This document shows, piece after piece, positions 61,758 through 64,000 of a stretch of DNA of 64,000 bases (positions are counted from its first letter, which is position 1; every line of letters starts with the position of its first letter). Below the pieces are notes generated by a model. It made no database searches and was not told where the DNA came from. It saw only the letters and a program-made list of their open reading frames with translations. Both the position numbers and the translations under genes were made by a program. The DNA lies in NCBI GenBank assembly GCA_004764695.1, contig SMSO01000034.1, forward strand, positions 1 through 64,000. Direction: 5' to 3'. Source of the stretch: Schizochytrium sp. TIO01 (Eukaryota > Protista > Bigyra: Labyrinthulomycetes).

Positions 61758-64000
61758 CTACTCTTCACTATCACTGTCATCCTTACCACGCTGCATACCC
61801 AAAGATACCGGGCCTTCATCATCCCAGCGACCAAATTGCAATTTAATGATTTTGTCAGAGTGTTTGATAAGCTCCGAAACCTCAACAAAAGACTTTCCTT
61901 CTACTGAAATATCGTTCACCATCATCAGCTCGTCCTTGAGGCCAACCAAACCAGTTGCCTCGATTGGACCCCAAGAGCCCGAGATTGGCAGGTCACGGAA
62001 CCCTGCCACAATTACACGGTTATCATTCGTCCAACCCAAACTCAAGCCGAGACCGTTGGTCATATCCACAGTAACATCAAACTGGTTATTTGGTAACTCG
62101 TGGTAAGCCAAAGGCTTGAGCTTGCGGAAACGCATGTGGTAGGGAATTGGCTGGCCATCCTCGCCATACATTTCCTCGTGGTCACGTTGGGGCGGTCGGA
62201 AGATGTCCGGAATCGGGTCATTTGCTGGCTCGCGCAACTCACGCAGGCGTGCAATGGAAACATTCGCCTCCACATGCTCGTCATCGAGGTACTTCAACTT
62301 GTAAGTTTCATTCTTATCGTTGAAGTCAACAACCTGAGCACGCCGCCAGTCCCGAGACTTACTCGCGTCCTCTACGTTGCAAAGAACGACAACTTGGTCG
62401 CCCACAGTAAAACTAGATGTACTGTTCACATCTTGCTCATAAAGACCAGGGGGGCGCTTGATACGTTCTACACCCACGCCGTCCTCGTCATTATTTGAAT
62501 CCTTGAAGCATACAGAATAGGAGTCCGATGAAGTAGAAACCTTTGTAATACGAGCAGCGATCCAAACTTTGGCAGAGGCGCTGCTGTCGCCGTCGGAAGA
62601 AGACGCACCGGTGTTACCACCGGCAACACTGGCTTGACAAGCTTCGATGGTCTGACCAATGACAAATGCAAGACGATGCACCTGGGCAAACGGGATATTG
62701 GCAATCTTCTCAGCAGTATCTTCATGGACCAAGGAACACATTGAGCGACCAATATCAACAGAGGACACTATGCCACGCACGACATCTTTCTCAGGTTCCT
62801 TGACCTCCACCAATTCACCAACCATCGGTACAAAGAGACGCACGTTCTCACGATTCATTGGCACGGTAGCAGCAGCAGCTTGCTCTGGGTTTTGCTGATG
62901 TTGGTCAGGGAACATTTTCTCAACGCTGTTACCAATTGGATCGAACAGCACGTCATATCGCTCAGCCGGAATATCACGAGAGCTAATGACAGCACGCAAA
63001 AAGCGATTTTCTTCCGGGTGCAGTGCCTCAACTACTGTACCAGGCTCTAATGTCATGAGTGGAGAGCGGACCAGTCCGCCAGCCACAAAGGTCTCCGGAG
63101 CAAGGCTGGCATCCTCATACTGTAGATCATATGAGTCATTCGGGTTAACCCTGGAAACCACAGCACCGTGCCAAGTACGACCAGCGCCGTACATTGCCTC
63201 AACGCGTTCTCCAGCTGCAAAATCAGAGCGTGCAAAGCGCAGCGCACCGAGGGCAACGACTTGCTCGCGCTGATCTAACGGAACATTGTCCAAGTGCACA
63301 GAGTACAGACCATCCTTGTGGTTGCTGACAATTGTGCCCTTGTGCCAAGCTTCTTCAGCGCCAGACAGAGCAAAATCACCCTGGGCCTCAATACGATCAC
63401 CAACATTAAACTCCTGCTTAGCACCTTCCGCAGGATTGTCAATGATTATAGCTTTGGCCGGGACAGCGGCTTCCAGGTCGGGGTCAGCCTTGACGACAGG
63501 CTGTTTTTGTTGATTGCGTCGGCGCATAACCAGTAACGCAGCAGCAATAAGAACTACTGCAACAATAGCAACAACAATACCGACAATCATACCTACACTT
63601 GAGCTTTTTCCATCGCCGCCAGAGGTAGAATCAGGAGGAATTATTGCTGCGCTTAAACAGGTTGCGTTGTCCATACTTACAGATCCACTAGCCAAGCTTA
63701 CATTCTTATCCGCGACAAGAACCACAGAATAAACATTGTATGCATTATCTGCTGAGCAAATAGCGGATGTAGAATTTCCATACGATTTGCTGGGCGTGGT
63801 TTGCACAACAGCACCGGTGGTAGTGTTTGTAAGAATGCAAATAAAACTAGACAGATCAAGGAGTTCTAAGGAAGACCCACTTAGCTCGACGTCAGTATAT
63901 GCATCGCTGTTCGAACATTGAGCATAGCTGTAGGGAGACTGTAGGCAGGAAGCCTTATTCTGCGCTACCTTCACCTGAACCGTGTGAGACGAAATCAATG
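61758..64000 (-). CDS. Single-pass membrane protein with cytosolic Tudor/Agenet repeats and a C-terminal PDZ domain (5' part lies outside the window)
   Basis: Ser/Thr/Cys-rich ectodomain; TM VGMIVGIVVAIVAVVLIAAALLVM-RRR; about 6 repeats F.VGxRVEA...W..G.V....Y.V.Y.D; PDZ GLGLSLG...VGLKDELMMVNDISVEGKSFVEVSELIK. Confidence 0.88.
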   Translation of the reverse strand, partial: LISSHTVQVKVAQNKASCLQSPYSYAQCSNSDAYTDVELSGSSLELLDLSSFICILTNTTTGAVVQTTPSKSYGNSTSAICSADNAYNVYSVVLVADKNVSLASGSVSMDNATCLSAAIIPPDSTSGGDGKSSSVGMIVGIVVAIVAVVLIAAALLVMRRRNQQKQPVVKADPDLEAAVPAKAIIIDNPAEGAKQEFNVGDRIEAQGDFALSGAEEAWHKGTIVSNHKDGLYSVHLDNVPLDQREQVVALGALRFARSDFAAGERVEAMYGAGRTWHGAVVSRVNPNDSYDLQYEDASLAPETFVAGGLVRSPLMTLEPGTVVEALHPEENRFLRAVISSRDIPAERYDVLFDPIGNSVEKMFPDQHQQNPEQAAAATVPMNRENVRLFVPMVGELVEVKEPEKDVVRGIVSSVDIGRSMCSLVHEDTAEKIANIPFAQVHRLAFVIGQTIEACQASVAGGNTGASSSDGDSSASAKVWIAARITKVSTSSDSYSVCFKDSNNDEDGVGVERIKRPPGLYEQDVNSTSSFTVGDQVVVLCNVEDASKSRDWRRAQVVDFNDKNETYKLKYLDDEHVEANVSIARLRELREPANDPIPDIFRPPQRDHEEMYGEDGQPIPYHMRFRKLKPLAYHELPNNQFDVTVDMTNGLGLSLGWTNDNRVIVAGFRDLPISGSWGPIEATGLVGLKDELMMVNDISVEGKSFVEVSELIKHSDKIIKLQFGRWDDEGPVSLGMQRGKDDSDSEE

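Overview
This is the left end of a eukaryotic chromosome, most likely a thraustochytrid (Aurantiochytrium-like, judged by recognition of the 18S sequence and the TTAGG telomere). From the end inward: a (TTAGG)n telomere; about 9 kb of subtelomeric long-unit tandem repeats (~370-, ~531- and ~413-bp units, resembling the LORE-TEARS spacers I recall being described for Aurantiochytrium), one unit carrying a 364-bp miniature LTR element; and a single 18S-5.8S-28S rDNA unit transcribed toward the telomere. Next come a spliced leucine-rich-repeat gene lying between 18S and 5S, an oppositely oriented 5S gene, three tRNAs (Leu-AAG, Lys-CTT, Val-GAC), WD40 and ankyrin genes, and a sugar porter. A young Copia element with apparently identical LTRs follows, then ordinary genes (JmjC+SET-like, three 4-TM paralogs, a triple hnRNP-Q-acidic-domain protein, an HTH protein, and a TM-Tudor-PDZ protein). 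Three things stand out. (1) The ~390-bp repeat between 18S and 5S is an intron+84-nt exon module, each exon encoding one 28-aa LRR that varies mainly at the predicted ligand-binding face. (2) The mini-LTR element has a primer site matching the anticodon arm of the tRNA-Lys(CUU) in this same window, plus an internal tRNA B-box. (3) The Copia element has a UGA-CUAG stop and a +1 frame change between protease and integrase. All calls were made by eye without database searches.
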